From the human T2T-CHM13v2.0 reference genome, Homo sapiens: a DNA stretch of 64,000 bases. Positions within the stretch are counted from its first letter, which is position 1. Every line of letters starts with the position of its first letter. This document shows positions 12,475 through 25,894 of the stretch, piece by piece. The notes beneath the pieces are model-generated. The model searched no databases, was not told the origin of the DNA, and saw only the letters and a program-made list of their open reading frames with translations. The DNA lies in NCBI RefSeq assembly GCF_009914755.1, contig NC_060941.1. One strand, written 5' to 3'. The position numbers were made by a program, and so were the translations under genes.

Positions 12475-14056
12475 TGCTGGACTTATCTGATCTCAACATG
12501 GATGAATATTTTGACAAAGTGATCCATGTTTTTGTGTGAATTTAAAGGTGTAGATTAAATACTTACTCAAGGACTACAGACTCTGGCATCAGGCCATCCT
12601 ACCCGTGGGCCCAGGCCCAAAGCCCACATGTTAAAGATCCCTACTAGCTAGTCCATCGAAAATATCTGGCCAGGATGACAGGTGAAGGGCTTTCCATGTC
12701 AAAGTCAGTCTGTAAAGACTAGAAGAGTTGAGTATTTCTTCAAATGCAGAGGCATGAATGCAAGTTTACAATAATCACGAAGAACCAGGGAAACATGACA
12801 CCAGCAAAGGAAAAAAATAAAGCTCAAATAAACCATTCTAAGGAAATGGAGATGTAACCATTGCCCAGTATTGTGTCTCAAGAAACAAGAAATAAAGGAC
12901 AGCCTTAACTTAGGGGATGGAAGGAAATAATAAATATTAGAGAAGGAATAAACAAAATAGAGATTTTGTTAAATATTAAAAAATAAATTTTAGGGTTAGT
13001 TTTGTGAAAAGATAATTAAAATTTAAAAACTCTTATCTACACTAACTTAAAAAAGAAGAGAGAAGATAAAATCAGAAATGGAGAAGGCAATGTTACAATC
13101 AATGCCACAATTTTTTAAGAAAGAGATTATAAGGGACTATTATGAACAATCATGCACCAACAGGGCAACCTAGAAGAAATGAATACATTCTTAGAAACAT
13201 ACACTCTGCCAAGACTGAGTCAAGTAGAAATCAAAAGCCTGAACATATTAATAACAAATTAGATTGACTCAGTAATCAAAAAAGAAAAACACGTGAATTA
13301 ATGACTTCATAGATAAATTGTCCCAAGCATTTAAAAACATATTACAAATCCTTCTTAAACTCTTCAGAAAAAATAGAAGAGGGAACAGTTCTGAAATCTT
13401 TTTATAAGGCCAGCATCACCTTGACACTAACAGACAGAAACCACAAGAAAAAACAACTAAAGGTCAATATCCCTGATGAATCTGATTGCAAAAATTTTCA
13501 TCAAAATATTAGTAAACAAAGTTCAACAGCATACTAAAAGGATCATACGCCATGACCAAGTGGGATTTACCCCAGTAAGCAGGGATAGTTCGACATATAC
13601 AAATCAAATATTATCATACACTCCAGAAACAGAATGAAGAATAAAAAATCACAAGATCTTTTTTGTAGATGAAGAAAAGTCATTTGACAAATTTCAACAC
13701 CCTTTCATAATAAAAACTCTAAACAAGTTAGGTATAGAAATAACTTAGCACAATCAAAGCCAAAGAGGCATACCTGTAAGAAATTTCAGGTGCAGTTCCA
13801 GCCCACTGCAATAAAGGAAACATCACAATAAAGTGAGTCACGCCGGTTTTGTCTATTTTTCAGTTCATGTAAAAGTTATGTTTACACAATATTATAGCCT
13901 ATTACATGTGCAATAGCATTATGTCTAAAAAAGTGCATAGCTTAATTAAAAAATACTTTCTTGCCAACAAATGCTAATGATCATCTGAGCCTTCAGTGAG
14001 CTGCAATCTTTTTCCTGGTAGAGGATTTTGCCTTCTTGTTGATGGCTAATGACTGG

Positions 14057-14863
14057 TCAGGGTTGTGATAGCTGAAGGTAGAGATGGATGCAGAAATTTC
14101 TTAAAATGAGACGACAATAAAGTTTGCCCCATAAATTGGCCCTTCCTTTCACTAAAGATTTCTCTGTAATATGCAATGTGTTTGAAAGCATTTTACCCAG
14201 AATAGAGGTTCTTTCAAAATTGAAGTCAGTCCTCTTAAGCCTTGTCCTTGCTTCATCAATTAAGTTTACATAATATTCTAAATGTTTTCTTGTCATCTCA
14301 GCATTGTTCATAATATCTTGACCAGGAGTATATTCCATCTCAAGAAACAACTTTCTTTGCTTATTCATAAGAGGCAATTTCTCATCTGTTTAACTTTTAT
14401 TATGAGATTGTCACATTCATTCACATTTTCAGGCTCCACTTCTAATTCTTATTTCTCTTGCAATTTCCACCATATCTGCAGTTATTTCCTTTACTGAAGT
14501 CTTGAACCTATTAAAATTGTCTATGAGGATTAGAATTAACTTCTTCCAGAGTCCCTTAGATGTTGATATTTTGGCTTACTTTCAAAAAGCATGAAGATTC
14601 TTAATGGTATCTAGAATGTAGAATCATTTCTAGAAGCTTTTCAATTTAGTTTGCTCAGATACATCAAAAGTATCACTATCTATAGCAGCTATAGAATTAT
14701 AAAATGTATTTCTCAAGTAATAAGACTTGAAGGTGAAAATTACTCCTTGATCTATGAGCTGAAGAATGGAGGTTGTGATAGCAGGCATGAAAAGAACATT
14801 AATTTCTTTGTACATATCTATCATAGCTCTTGGGTGACCAGTTGTATTGACAATGAGCAGCAA
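14057..14863 (-). pseudogene. Tigger1 (TIGD1-like, DDE_1) transposase fragments, disrupted
   Basis: [53 protein letters not shown] matches the Tigger1 DNAPGHP/QPMDQG region with an Asp lost; 14057..14377 is the C-terminus. Confidence 0.88.
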
Positions 14864-15504
14864 TATTTTGAAAAGAATCTTTTTTCTGAGCTGTAGGTCT
14901 CAACTGTAGGCTTAAAATATTCAGTAAACCACACAGTAAACAGGCTTTGTTTTTCCATTTATGTAGCCTAGGAAGAGTAGATTTTTCACAATTCTTAAGA
15001 GCTCTAGGATTTTTAGAATGTTAAATGATCATTGGCTTCAACTTAAAGTCACCAGCTGTATTAGCCTTTAACAAGGTAGTCTTTGTTCTTTGAAGTTTTC
15101 AAATCAAGACATGACTTCTTTTTAGTTATGAAAATCCTAGATAGCATTTTCTTCCAATATGAGGCCGTTTCATCTACATTCAAAATAGTTGTTTGGTATA
15201 GCAACCTTCATCAATAATCTTGGCTAGATCATCTGGATAACTTGCTGTAGTTTCTCCATCAGCACTTACTGCTTTTCTTTTTACTTTCATGTTATCATGA
15301 TGGCTCCTTTCCCTTAAACCCCATGAACCAACTTCTGCTATCTTCATTTTTTTTTCCTGCAGATTCCTTACCTCTCTTCACCTTCATATAAGTGAAGAGA
15401 GTTAGAGCCTTACTCTTGAATAGTCTTTGGCTTAAGGGAAGGTTGTGGCTGGTTTAGTCTTCTATCCTGACTACTCAAGCTTTAGCCATATCAGCAATAA
15501 ACCC

Positions 15505-15927
15505 TGTGTTAGGCCATTCTTATGTTGGTATAAAAATATCTGACACTGGGTAATTTATAAAGAAAAGATGTTTAATTTGCTCATGGTTCTTTTGGCTTTA
15601 CAGGAAACATGATGCTGGCATCTTCTTGGCTTCTGGGGAGACCTCAAGAAACTTACAATCATGACAGGAGTTGAAGTGGGAGCAGGCATGTCACATGACC
15701 AGAACAGGAGAAAAAGAGAGAGTCAGAAGAGGGGGGAGGTGCAAAATACTTTTAAATAACCCAAACTCATAAGAACTCACTCACTCATCACCTAGGGGAG
15801 AGCACCAAGCCACTCATGAGGAATACACCCCTCTGATGCAAATACCTCCTGCCAGGTCCTAACCCACAACACTGGGGACCACACCTCCATATGAGATTTG
15901 GTGGAAACACAGATCCAAATCATATTA
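15505..15927 (-). mobile_element. MSTA/MSTB (ERVL-MaLR) solo LTR inside Tigger1
   Basis: TGTGTTAGGCCATTCTT...CTGGGTAATTTATAAAGAAAAG...ATGAGATTTGGTGGAAACACAGATCCAAATCATATTA. Confidence 0.9.
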
Positions 15928-16815
15928 AATCTATTTCACTTTCTTATCATTTGTGTGTTTACTGGAGTAGCACTTCTAATTTCCTTCAAGAACTTTTCCC
16001 TTACATTCACAAATTGGCTAATCATTTGGTGTAAGAGGCCTAGATTTCATCATATCTTGGCTTTTGATATGGCTTTCTCACTAAGCTTACTCATTTCTAG
16101 CTTTTGATTCAAAGTGAGGGACATGTGACTCTTCCTTTCACTTGAGCGCTTAGAGGCCATTGTGGGATTATTTGACCTAATTTGAACATTGCTTTGTCTC
16201 AGGGAATAATAGTGAGACCTAAAGAGAGGGAGAGAGATGGAAATTGCTGGTCAGAGGAGCAGTCATAACACTCATAACATTTATGGATTAAGTTCACTGT
16301 TTTATATGGGCCTGGTTCATGGCATCCCAAAGTAATTACAATAGTAATATCAAAAATCATTAATCATAGACCTCCGTAACAGATATAATAATATTAGAAA
16401 AGTCAAAAATATTGTGATAATTATCAAAATATGACACAGAGACTCGAAGTGAGCACATCACATTAGAAAATGGTACTAATGAATTTGCTCAATACAGCAT
16501 TGACACAAACCTTCAATTTGTAAAAAAAAACACAATATCTTTGAATAAAATGAAGTAGCATAAAATGAAGTATTCTTGCATATAAAAAGCCCACAGCTAA
16601 CATTACCTCAGTGGTGAAAAACTAAAAGCTTTTCTTCTAAGACCTAGAATGAAGAAAAAATGTCCACTCTCACCATTTCTATTCAACCTAGTATTGGAAA
16701 TCCTATACAGAGCAATTAGGCAAGAAAATTTTAAAAATGCAATCAAATCAGAAAAGAAAATATGAATTACCTTTCTTTGTAGATGATGTGATTTTTATAT
16801 AGAAAATCCTAAATA

Positions 16816-16817
<2 letters not shown>

Positions 16818-16860
<43 letters not shown>
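16818..16860. repeat. (CA)n microsatellite, ~21 units
   Basis: Perfect dinucleotide run. Confidence 0.98.
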
Positions 16861-16863
<3 letters not shown>

Positions 16864-17400
16864 CCTCTTAGAACTAATGAACTCAGCAAAGTTGGAAAAT
16901 AAAAATCAAATATAAAAATTAGTTATATTTCTAGGTACTATGAACTATCTGAAAAGGAAATTAAGAAAACTATCACCTTTACAACTTAACCAAGGATGTG
17001 AGATTGATGCACTAAAAACTACAAACACTGATGGGACAAATTAAAGCAGACATAAATAAATGAATAAATAGCCCATGTTCATGGGTTGGAAAAATTCATA
17101 TTGTTGAAAGTTTATGCTATTCAAAATGATGTAAAGATTCAATGCAATCCCTATCAAAATCCAAAAGGCATTTTTTTATGGAAATAGAAAAACAATTTTA
17201 AAATTTGTAGGGAACAATGAAAGATCCCAAGTAGCCAAAGCAATTTTGAGAAAGAAGAATAAAGCTGGAGGAATCACACTTTCTGATTTCAAAATATATT
17301 ACAAAATTACAGTGATCAAAACAGTATGGTACTGGTATAAAAAAGCACATACATAGACCAATGGAACAGAATAGAGTTCCCAGAAATAAACTAACACATT

Positions 17401-17623
17401 CAAATTGAGTATTCCTAACTGAAAAATCTTAAATCCAAAATGCTATGAGGTTTGAAATCTCTTGAAACTTGGCCTGTTGCTCAAAGGAAATGTTAATTGG
17501 AGCATTTTGGATTTTAGATTTTGAGATTAGAAATGTTCAACTGGGAAGTATAATGTAAATATTCCAAAATAAAAAAAGTCTGAAATTGGTCCCAAGCATT
17601 TTGAACAAAAAATACTCCACCTG
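17401..17623 (+). mobile_element. Tigger4a (MER46/Zombi) MITE
   Basis: CAAATTGAGTATTCCTAA...GCTCAAAGGAAATG..TTGGAGCATTTTGG...GGTCCCAAGCATTT...ATACTCCACCTG. Confidence 0.85.
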
Positions 17624-18406
17624 TGTATAATAAACTGATCTTCAAAAAGGATGCCAAGAATATACAATGGGGAATGGATAGTCTTTTCAATTAATGATGT
17701 TGGGGAAACTGGATATCCATATAAAAAGGTGATTAGACCTAATGCCAGACAGAAATATACTCAAAATAAATTTAAGACTTAAACCTAAGACCTGAAACCA
17801 TAAAACTTTCTGAAAAGAAAAAAGGGTAAAAACATCTTGATATTGGCCTGAGCAATGATTTATTGGTTATGACACCAACATACAGGGAATGAAAGCTAAA
17901 ATAGACAAGTGGGATTTCATCAAACTAAAAAGCTTCTGCATGGAGAAGGAAAAAAATCAACAAAATGAAAGGGCTACCTAAGTAATGGGAAAAAAATTTG
18001 TAAACCGTATATCTGCTAAAGGATTAATTTCCAGAATAAATAAGTAACTCCTACAACTTAATAGCAAAAAACATAATTTAATTAGAAAATGAGCAAAGGA
18101 ATTGAATAGACATTTCTCCAAAAAATACATACCAATGGCCAACAGGCATATGAAAAGGTGCTTAACATCACAAATCGTCGGAGAAATGATAATCATGATT
18201 ACTGTAAGATGCCACCTTACCACTGTTAGGATGGCTATTATCTAAATAAAAAAGATAAATGTTTTCAAGGATGTGGAAAAAAAGGAACCTATGTACACTT
18301 TTGATGAGAATTAAAATTGGTGCAGCAACTGAAAATCTATATGTGGTTCTTCAAAAAATTAAAAATAGAACTACCATATGAACCAGTAACTTCTTTTCTG
18401 GGTATA

Positions 18407-18962
18407 TGGTAGTGGCCTCCCTCCCGTTATTCATGGAGGATACTTTTCAGGAGGTCCAGTGGATGCCTGAAACCACAGATAGTACCAAATCCAATGTATA
18501 CTATATTTTTTCCTATACATACATGTCTATGATAAAGTTTAATTTATACATTAGGTACCATATGAGATTTAAAATAATAGAAAATAATAAAATAGAAAAA
18601 TTATAACAATGTGTCAGCATCACTACTCTTGCACTTTGGGGATATTGTTAGGTAAAATAAAGGTTACTTAAACACAAGTATTGTGACACCACCACAGTGG
18701 ATCTGATAGCAGCGATACCTACTAAGCGACTAAGGTGTTGGGGACATCTGCAGTGTGGGTATGCTGGACAAAGGGGTGATGCATTCTTTGGGGGACTGAA
18801 GATGGATAATGTGACATTTAATCACATTTCTCAAAATGTTGCCCAATTTAAAAGTTAGGAATTGTTTACTTCTGGAATATTTCATTTAATAATTTTGGAC
18901 CATGGTTTTTACAGGTATCTGAAAACCTGAAAAGCAAAACTATGGATAAGAGGGAACTACTG
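18407..18962 (-). mobile_element. MER44B-like (Tigger7 derivative)
   Basis: CAGTGGATGCCTGAAACCACAGATAGTACC ... GGATAAGAGGGAACTACTG; TA flanks. Confidence 0.85.
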
Positions 18963-19436
18963 TACATCCAAAGAAATTGAAATTAGGATCTTGAAGAGAT
19001 GTCTGCATGTCCATGTTCATTGCTGCATTGTTTAAAATAGAGAAGACACAAAAGCAGCCAAATGTCCATCAAAGGATGAACTGATAAAGAAAATGTAATC
19101 TATTAATACAATGGAATACTATTCAGCCTTATAAGAAAGGAAATGCTGCCAGTAGCAGCAACATGGATGAATCTTGAGGACATTATGCCAGTGAAATAAA
19201 CCAGATTAAAAAAATACTATACGATGTCACACATATAAGAAACCCCAAGTAGCCAACTCATAGAAACAGACAACAGAATGGTAATTGCTGGTGTCTTGGG
19301 GAGGAAAAGTGGGAAGGCATTAGTCAAAGGCTACAAAGCTATGGTTTTACAAGATTAGTAAGTTCTACAGATCAACTATATGGTACAATGCCTGTAGTTC
19401 CAATTACTGTATTATATCCTTTAATATTTGCTAAAC

Positions 19437-19716
19437 TCCTGACATGGTAGCTCATCCCTGTAATCCCAGCATTCTGGGAGGCCAAGGCAAGAGGATCACT
19501 TGAAGCCAGGAGTTTGAGAACAGCCTGTGCAATATAGTGAGACCTTGTCTCTACGAATAATAATAATAATAAAAATTAGCCAGTCAGTACGTGTACTGCT
19601 GCCCTGACTACTCAGACGGCTCAGGCTAGAGCCCAGGAGCTCAAGGTTGTGATGAGCTATCATGGTGTCAGTGCACTCAAGTCTGAGAGACAGAGCAAGA
19701 CCTTGTCACAAAAAAA
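19437..19716 (+). mobile_element. AluJ (Jo/Jr-like), diverged
   Basis: GAGGATCACTTGAAGCCAGGAGTTTGAG, GTGAGACCTTGTCTCTAC, GAGCTATCATGG. Confidence 0.88.
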
Positions 19717-21521
19717 TGTGTGAAGAGGGTAGATATTATGTTAAATGTTCTTATTCCAATAATAATATAATAATAAAGAGAATACAAGGAAACTTTGGGG
19801 AGCCATGGATAAGTTTAAGGCATAGATTGTTTTGATTATTTCATGGGTGTGTACATATCTCCAAACTCATCAAGTTGCATACGTTAAATATGTACTATGT
19901 TTGTACATCAATCATACCTCAATAGAGTGGTTTAAAAGCACAAATTTATATTCATATTCATATTCATAGTTTATAAGTGTGTAATCAACCAAAACAAACA
20001 TTTAATACCATAGCTAAAAATCTGGAAGGAGGTAAACAGGAACGGTTTCTGGGAAGGAGCACATTGCCATCAAACCCATGAACTTTGCCCTGCAGAACTT
20101 CTATAGAAAAATACTCATATCCTCATTCGAGCAAATTAGAAAATTAGATAGTAGAATGGATGTAGTAGGATAAGCCAAGAGCCACAAAGGAATTGATGCT
20201 TGAAGGGATATCGTAAAGGCACAGTGCCTTCGAGTATGTTGGTATAAAGACAAAAATAAGAAACACTCATTAGGCCCTGTAGATATTATTATATCATAAT
20301 ATAGTACAGCAGAAATAATATTATGTAAAGTACATGAGTTTTTCATATAGATGATTTATCTCCCTTTGATTATCATTTCTAAATTTATCATTTAAAAATT
20401 TGAAATTTTGTTTCAAGCCATTTTCAAATGTTCAAATATCTTCAATGTTTTCTTAAATAAAATATAGGGAATTTAATTAACTTACTTCTCTCTCTATATA
20501 TAAAGATTATAATCTCTGAATACCCTCACCCACATATAATATATATAGCACACACATATATTACAAGATTATTCCTTTAATAATTATATTAACATATAAG
20601 TACAGACTGAAAGACTGGTTAAAATCTAATAAATCATACACAAATTTTTAACAGTTTGAATCATTTATGAATTTACTATGAGTTTATGAATTTACTATGA
20701 ATATATAATTGTGAGTTATAATGCCTTCTGAAAACATAAAATAATGATGATAGAGATATATAAGGAGTTGTCCAAGTTTGAATTACTCATCAATTGTTGA
20801 TACCTCCCAGATGACACTGCCTAACTTCAATCATTAAATATTGACACTTGCTTTTCCTTGGTAACTTATAAGTATCATTTAAAAGAAAAGCATTAAACAT
20901 GAGTCTACATACGACAATTAGTCTTTAGAGACAGTGAATAATACACTTCAGTTTTCTTTAACTAGTAATTTATCATTGCCAATATTAGTTTTACTCAAGT
21001 TGTGGAAATTTGTTCCTAGAACTTTGTTCCAATTGTCTCGAAGAGAACATTTTAAATGAAGTTCGGGCAGATTCTCTCCCATTATTGTCCTATTCAGAAG
21101 AAGAGATTTAGTAAAGAGTGAGAATCAGATTAGTTAATTATTCAGCAAACACAGATTAAACAGATTAAATATTTTTGAGTTGGGCAGTGATCCCTGTAGA
21201 CTTGAGAACCTCACAAGGAAAAAAAATGTCACAGCTTCTTCTTGTTAAATTATTTATAAAATATGCAAAAGCAGAAAAAAGAGGAATGAAAAAGAAAAAG
21301 AAACTCCAAAGCTCTCACAGGAGCCCTTCAACTCATTGGCACGTGCATAAACATACATGCATGTGCTTGCACACAAAATTCCTACAGATCAGGACTTCTG
21401 GAGATTTCCTATTATCAGGAGACTCTCTGTGCTGTTGCCTGCCAAGAACTCTAGCACAGCGGATCAGGCTATAATGACGAAGCTGTTCATTAGCTAGCGG
21501 GTGGTTAAGCTAATTGATTTG

Positions 21522-21650
21522 GGTGGCAGTGTGGTGTAGCCAGAGCAGAAGGTCAACCTTTGGAGTCAGACATCTCTTCATCTGTAGTCATCCTGACTGG
21601 ACTGTCTGTAATTGCTTTTACATTTTTGAACCTCAGTTTCACCAACTCCA
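21522..21650 (+). mobile_element. MIR fragment
   Basis: GCAGTGTGGTGTAG...CTTTGGAGTCAGAC...TGAACCTCAGTTTC. Confidence 0.65.
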
Positions 21651-22360
21651 AACATCAGCTTGAACATCACTCCTTCTAAAGTTACAGATTGAAGTGTCCT
21701 CAGCAATCATTTTCTATTTTTCTTTCCCCTACATGTTGGTATTGTTAAAAGGTTGACTCAAACATAGAAGTGAACTCTCTCTCTATAACTAAGTAGCAAA
21801 GACACTAGTCAGGAAAGAAGCTAGTAGGTCATCCTCAGTCTAAGCTATTCTAATAATAATAATAATAATAAAAGATTAACTGACTATTGGCTTCAAACCC
21901 AGAAAGGACTGCATCTGAGTGCAGATCTCCTCTGGCCAACTAGTTGGGTGAATCTCCTGCCAGGGAGAAGTTTATCTCAGGCTGCCATGATCTAACTGGA
22001 AAAGTCTTGCGTAATTACATTAGACATATTCAGGATTGGGTGTCATGACGGATTTAGTAGTTGCCATTTAGATCAATGTGGATTTTTCAAAAACTGTGTT
22101 CTGGAGATAGTAGAGCCCTGCCCTTAAAGCATTCACAGATTCATGGAGAGATAGCCATACACCGATAAATTCCATACAGCACAGATTTCATTAGAACGCC
22201 AAGAAAGGCAAGACCCAGCATTTGGTACCAAGAAAAGCTTCCTGTAAGACAAAATACTTGAAAAATAATACAGACATTAAATAGGGAAAAACAGGAAAGG
22301 ACTTCAACAAAGGATATAACAAGAGGAAATTCCTTTTCAATGTGTATATTCAGGTTGTAC

Positions 22361-22670
22361 TTCTTTTTTTTTTTTTTTTTTTTTTTTTGAGACTGAGCCT
22401 TTCTCTGTTGCCCAGGCTGGAGTGCAATAGCGCATACTGGGCTCATTGCAAACTCCACCTCCCAGGTTCAAGTGATTCTTGTGCCTCAGCCTCCTGAGTA
22501 GCTGGGATTACAGGTGCACACAACCATGCCCGGCTAATTTTTGCATTTTTAGTAGAGATGGGTTTTCACCATGTTGGCCAGGCTGGTCTCAAACTCCTTA
22601 TCTCAGGGGATCCACCCACCTTGGCCTCCCAAAGTGCTGGGATTACAGGTGTGAGCCACCACTCCCAGCC
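22361..22670 (-). mobile_element. AluSx/Sz-like
   Basis: Long poly-T, full dimer, TSD core GGTTGTAC at 22353-22360 and 22671-22678. Confidence 0.93.
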
Positions 22671-22679
22671 GGTTGTACC

Positions 22680-22817
22680 TTTAAAAAAATAGATATTAGG
22701 TTTTGGGGTACATTTGAAGGTTTGTTACATAGGTAAACACATTTCAATGGGGTTTGTTGTATATATTATTTAATTACCCATGTATTAAGCCCAGTACTCA
22801 ATAGTTATCTTTTTCTG
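22680..22817 (-). mobile_element. L1PA13-16-like 3'UTR stub
   Basis: GGGGTACATTTGAAGGTTTGTTACATAGGTAAAC...AAGCCCAGTACTCAATAGTTATC. Confidence 0.75.
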
Positions 22818-22888
22818 AAGAAAATCACACATTAAATTTATGACTGTTGACAGATTCCTTAATGCTGTCTAGGAATTGCTTTATAGTG

Positions 22889-22937
<49 letters not shown>
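22889..22937. repeat. (TC)n microsatellite
   Basis: Visible run. Confidence 0.95.
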
Positions 22938-22938
<1 letters not shown>

Positions 22939-22949
22939 ATCTCACTCAA

Positions 22950-23275
22950 CACTCCTCTCTTCACCTAGTTACTCCCTACTCATCTTTAGATCTCAGGTTA
23001 AATAGCCAAACAGTGAAATGTCTATCATTTGGGAAACATTTTCTGCCCACTCAGTCTAAAGTTTGAGCTATGTGTTTTTATAGCAGCCTCTATTTTCCTC
23101 CATCAGCATTTGTTATAGTATACAATAACTGCCTCTTTAGTTTTCTTGCATTCTCTAGCTCTTTGAGTTCCACAAGGACAAAGTCTCTTTTCATCTTGTT
23201 TCTCCTTATGTTTTTATTTTTATCATACATTGTATGTGTCAATAAATATGCCAAATAAACTGATGAATAAATGCA
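22950..23275 (+). mobile_element. L2 3' end
   Basis: CTACTCATCTTTAGATCTCAG...GTCAATAAATATGCCAAATAAACTGATGAATAAATG. Confidence 0.65.
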
Positions 23276-23943
23276 TAGATATAAAACTACATGAATATAT
23301 GTGTATACTTACGTACTTACACACATCTATGGTGAAATTTTTATTTCTTTTATTTTTAGTATTTCCAGTTTTTCTAGCATGTACTTAATGTGCCAAGCAG
23401 GAAACTAAGGTAGGCACAAAGTGGCAGGTGTCAACATGAGGCAATTACTGGAAGTTTGTATGAGGCACGTTCTTGGCTACAGGAAACAAGTTAAATGTCC
23501 GATGATTAAAGCCGTGTAATATATCTGCTTTACTATTCTAAAGATTAAGCTAGCACAAAATTGGGGCTTTGTACATTTCTTATTGAGCTCAATATTAGCC
23601 ATGGGGGATTGAAATCATGTGCTTTAAAAGACTCTGATTGCATAAATTAGAATGATGGATTCAGTCATAGAGACTTACACACGTAAGATGTTTTCTTTTC
23701 CTCTCTTCCAGTACCATAGCCTCAACCAACAGAAACTACATTCACTAAAACGTTAACTATATTCTCGTTTCCTATTTTCTATGTGATTGCTTTGGTTTTG
23801 TAAAAAGATATCGGTCTAGTTCCAAGAAGCTCCATTACCTGAAACATCTGGGGAAATAAGTAGCTACCTTGTTTATAATAGTGCACAAAAGGGTATCTTG
23901 CTTAATAAATTTCTCTTTTCTCTGGAAGCTGACAGACACCTGG

Positions 23944-23977
23944 GTTACTAGGCAACCACTCATTTCTCACAACCAAT
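23944..23977. promoter_or_regulatory. Candidate RFX X-box with adjacent CCAAT box
   Basis: GTTACTAGGCAAC (minus strand GTTGCC-T-AGTAAC fits GTNRCC-N-RGYAAC) at 23944-23956; CCAAT at 23973-23977. Motif only. Confidence 0.35.
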
Positions 23978-24984
23978 GAGTATCATATCACACATCATAA
24001 ATTGAAGAGGTATCAATACACTGCTCTCCACAAGAATGAACAAAGATTTACAAGTGACAGTGATAGAAGCCTGGAATAAGAGGTGGGTGAGGGGACCCAG
24101 ATGAGGAATAATAAATAGACCATCTGGCAGACGAATGTAGGAAATGGTTGGGAATCTTCCCTCATGCTAACTGAGGGGCTGCAAGCAGTATTTTCTCAAC
24201 ATACCCTAGGGCTCAGCTCTTCACTTGGTGGCAATGACTGCTGCCAGCTGATGAACAACATACCATCTGAATATACATCTTAGCCTTGTGTATGTAATTG
24301 GCATTGGATGCAGGATTGCTAAGTAGCAAGGCCTTCTATACATCTCCCCAGGGTGCTATAGCCTGAGGATTAAGCGAAATGGTGTGCAGGTCTTGTAGAG
24401 TGGCCAATTTGTCTAGGTGCTATGCTCCATGCACTTTATTAATTGAATAGTGGAGAGGAGAGATATTCCCTTCCTCTAATACTTGGAAAGCCCTTCAGCT
24501 CAGAGGTAATCTGTTTTCTCTGGCTAAAGCTCTAAAGAGGGTATGTGAGGCAGTGTTCTATACAATGTTGAAAGGGCAATCAAGGAATTGGTGAGCCTCA
24601 GGAAACAGGTCTCTGGAAATGATGGGGAAGTCTGAACAGACATTGTGTAATATTTTTATGTGGAGTAATGGTTTTCTATGTTATGTTAAAAAGGGCAAGA
24701 ATTCACTATAAAATGACACCATGACCCTGGCAAAAGCCCTGAAAGTTACACTCAGAGCAATTTGTTTGGGGTCTCATCCCACTACATTCCAAGTGATGAT
24801 TGTAGCAACAAGTGTAAATCCTCTCTGTCCCACTCCCCCTGTTGTCAAGTTCTGATAATAATGCCAATTTAAATAGTAGTGCTTTTAGGCTCACCAGGAG
24901 AGATATATTGGATTCTCAAATTAAGAGATAGGGTTCTAGCAATAGACTATGCTTATTTAATTATAGTGAATAATAAAAATAAAA

Positions 24985-25230
24985 CTCGATAATAAAAACA
25001 GTCAATGTATTGAGCTCTTACTATTATCAGGCGCGATGGTGGGCTTTAAATACATAATTGTATTTAGCTTTCACAAGAGCCCTTAAATGGTAAGTACTAG
25101 TATTATCCCATTTTGTAGATAAGGAAACTGAGACATGGACCTTGGACCTTCCTAAGATCTACATGTCAGTGAATGGCAGGAATTTGAACCCAGACAATTT
25201 CATTAGAGAATCTATGCATTTTGCTGCTTT
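24985..25230 (-). mobile_element. MIRb-like
   Basis: TATTATCCCATTTTGTAGATAAGGAAACTGAGAC core; GGAATTTGAACCCAGAC. Confidence 0.85.
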
Positions 25231-25369
25231 CATTTGAGCATGTATTTTTTGCTTTCAAAACCTTTCACAGCAGTCTGTCAAAACTCATTACTTTATAAAT
25301 AGATAGGAGGATACATTACATTTTCTCAGAGAATGCTTCACTTTTATTTTTTCCTTGGTTGACATATAC

Positions 25370-25565
25370 TTTTTATGATTTTTAAATTTTTACTTTGAAA
25401 GAGTTTTAAATTTACAGAAGAACACAAAGATAGTTTTGAGTTTTTATATTGTCTTCAGCTCCCTTAATATTTACATTCTATATAACCATGACCCGTTGAT
25501 GAAAACCAATAAATTAACATTGATACGTACCATAATGTTAACTATTCAATAGTCTTTTATATTCT
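25370..25565 (-). mobile_element. L1MC-like 3' fragment
   Basis: TTTTAAATTTACAGAAG...ATATAACCATG...AAAACCAATAAATTAACATTGATAC. Confidence 0.6.
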
Positions 25566-25894
25566 TTGATCTATTGTTAGAGGAAAACACAAACAATTCC
25601 ACTAGCGCCAAAAATTAAACTTAGGCCAAATCTATCTACAAATTTCTCTCTGATTTGCAAACGGAGATCACATTAGGAATTTGGATCCTCCCAATTCACC
25701 TGATGTAATCACTGCTGATTATTATGAAATGAGGATTCTTAATGATGATGAGAGGAAGTTGGGATGTTTTGTTGCTTTTGTAAGCTTTTTTTTCTAGATG
25801 TGCTCCTTTGAGCCTTGCTCTTAAGAAACAGGAAACAGCTATTTCATCAGACAAGTCTCCTGAGAATCCAAACATGAGTAGATTATATACTATC

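Larger units (their letters stand above)
13765..16578 (-). mobile_element. Full-length Tigger1 DNA transposon (TcMar-Tigger), decayed
   Basis: Degenerate termini GAGGCATACCT and AAGTATTCTTG; ~2.4 kb after removing the MST insert; transposase peptides in the ORF track. Confidence 0.92.
12570..19937 (+). mobile_element. Old L1 (L1MA10/L1MB1-like) with 5'UTR/ORF1 stub, internal deletion near 12870, ORF2 and 3'UTR; host of several nested elements
   Basis: ORF1 start (GGAAACATGACACCAGCAAAGG) joined to post-endonuclease ORF2; ORF2 colinear across each insertion; 3'UTR ends ...ATACCTCAATAGAGTGGTTTAAAA. Confidence 0.8.

Noticed and set aside
24090-24660. GC-richer block, possibly an ancient LTR or exon
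   Set aside because: Could not match it to any consensus or open frame from memory; left unannotated.
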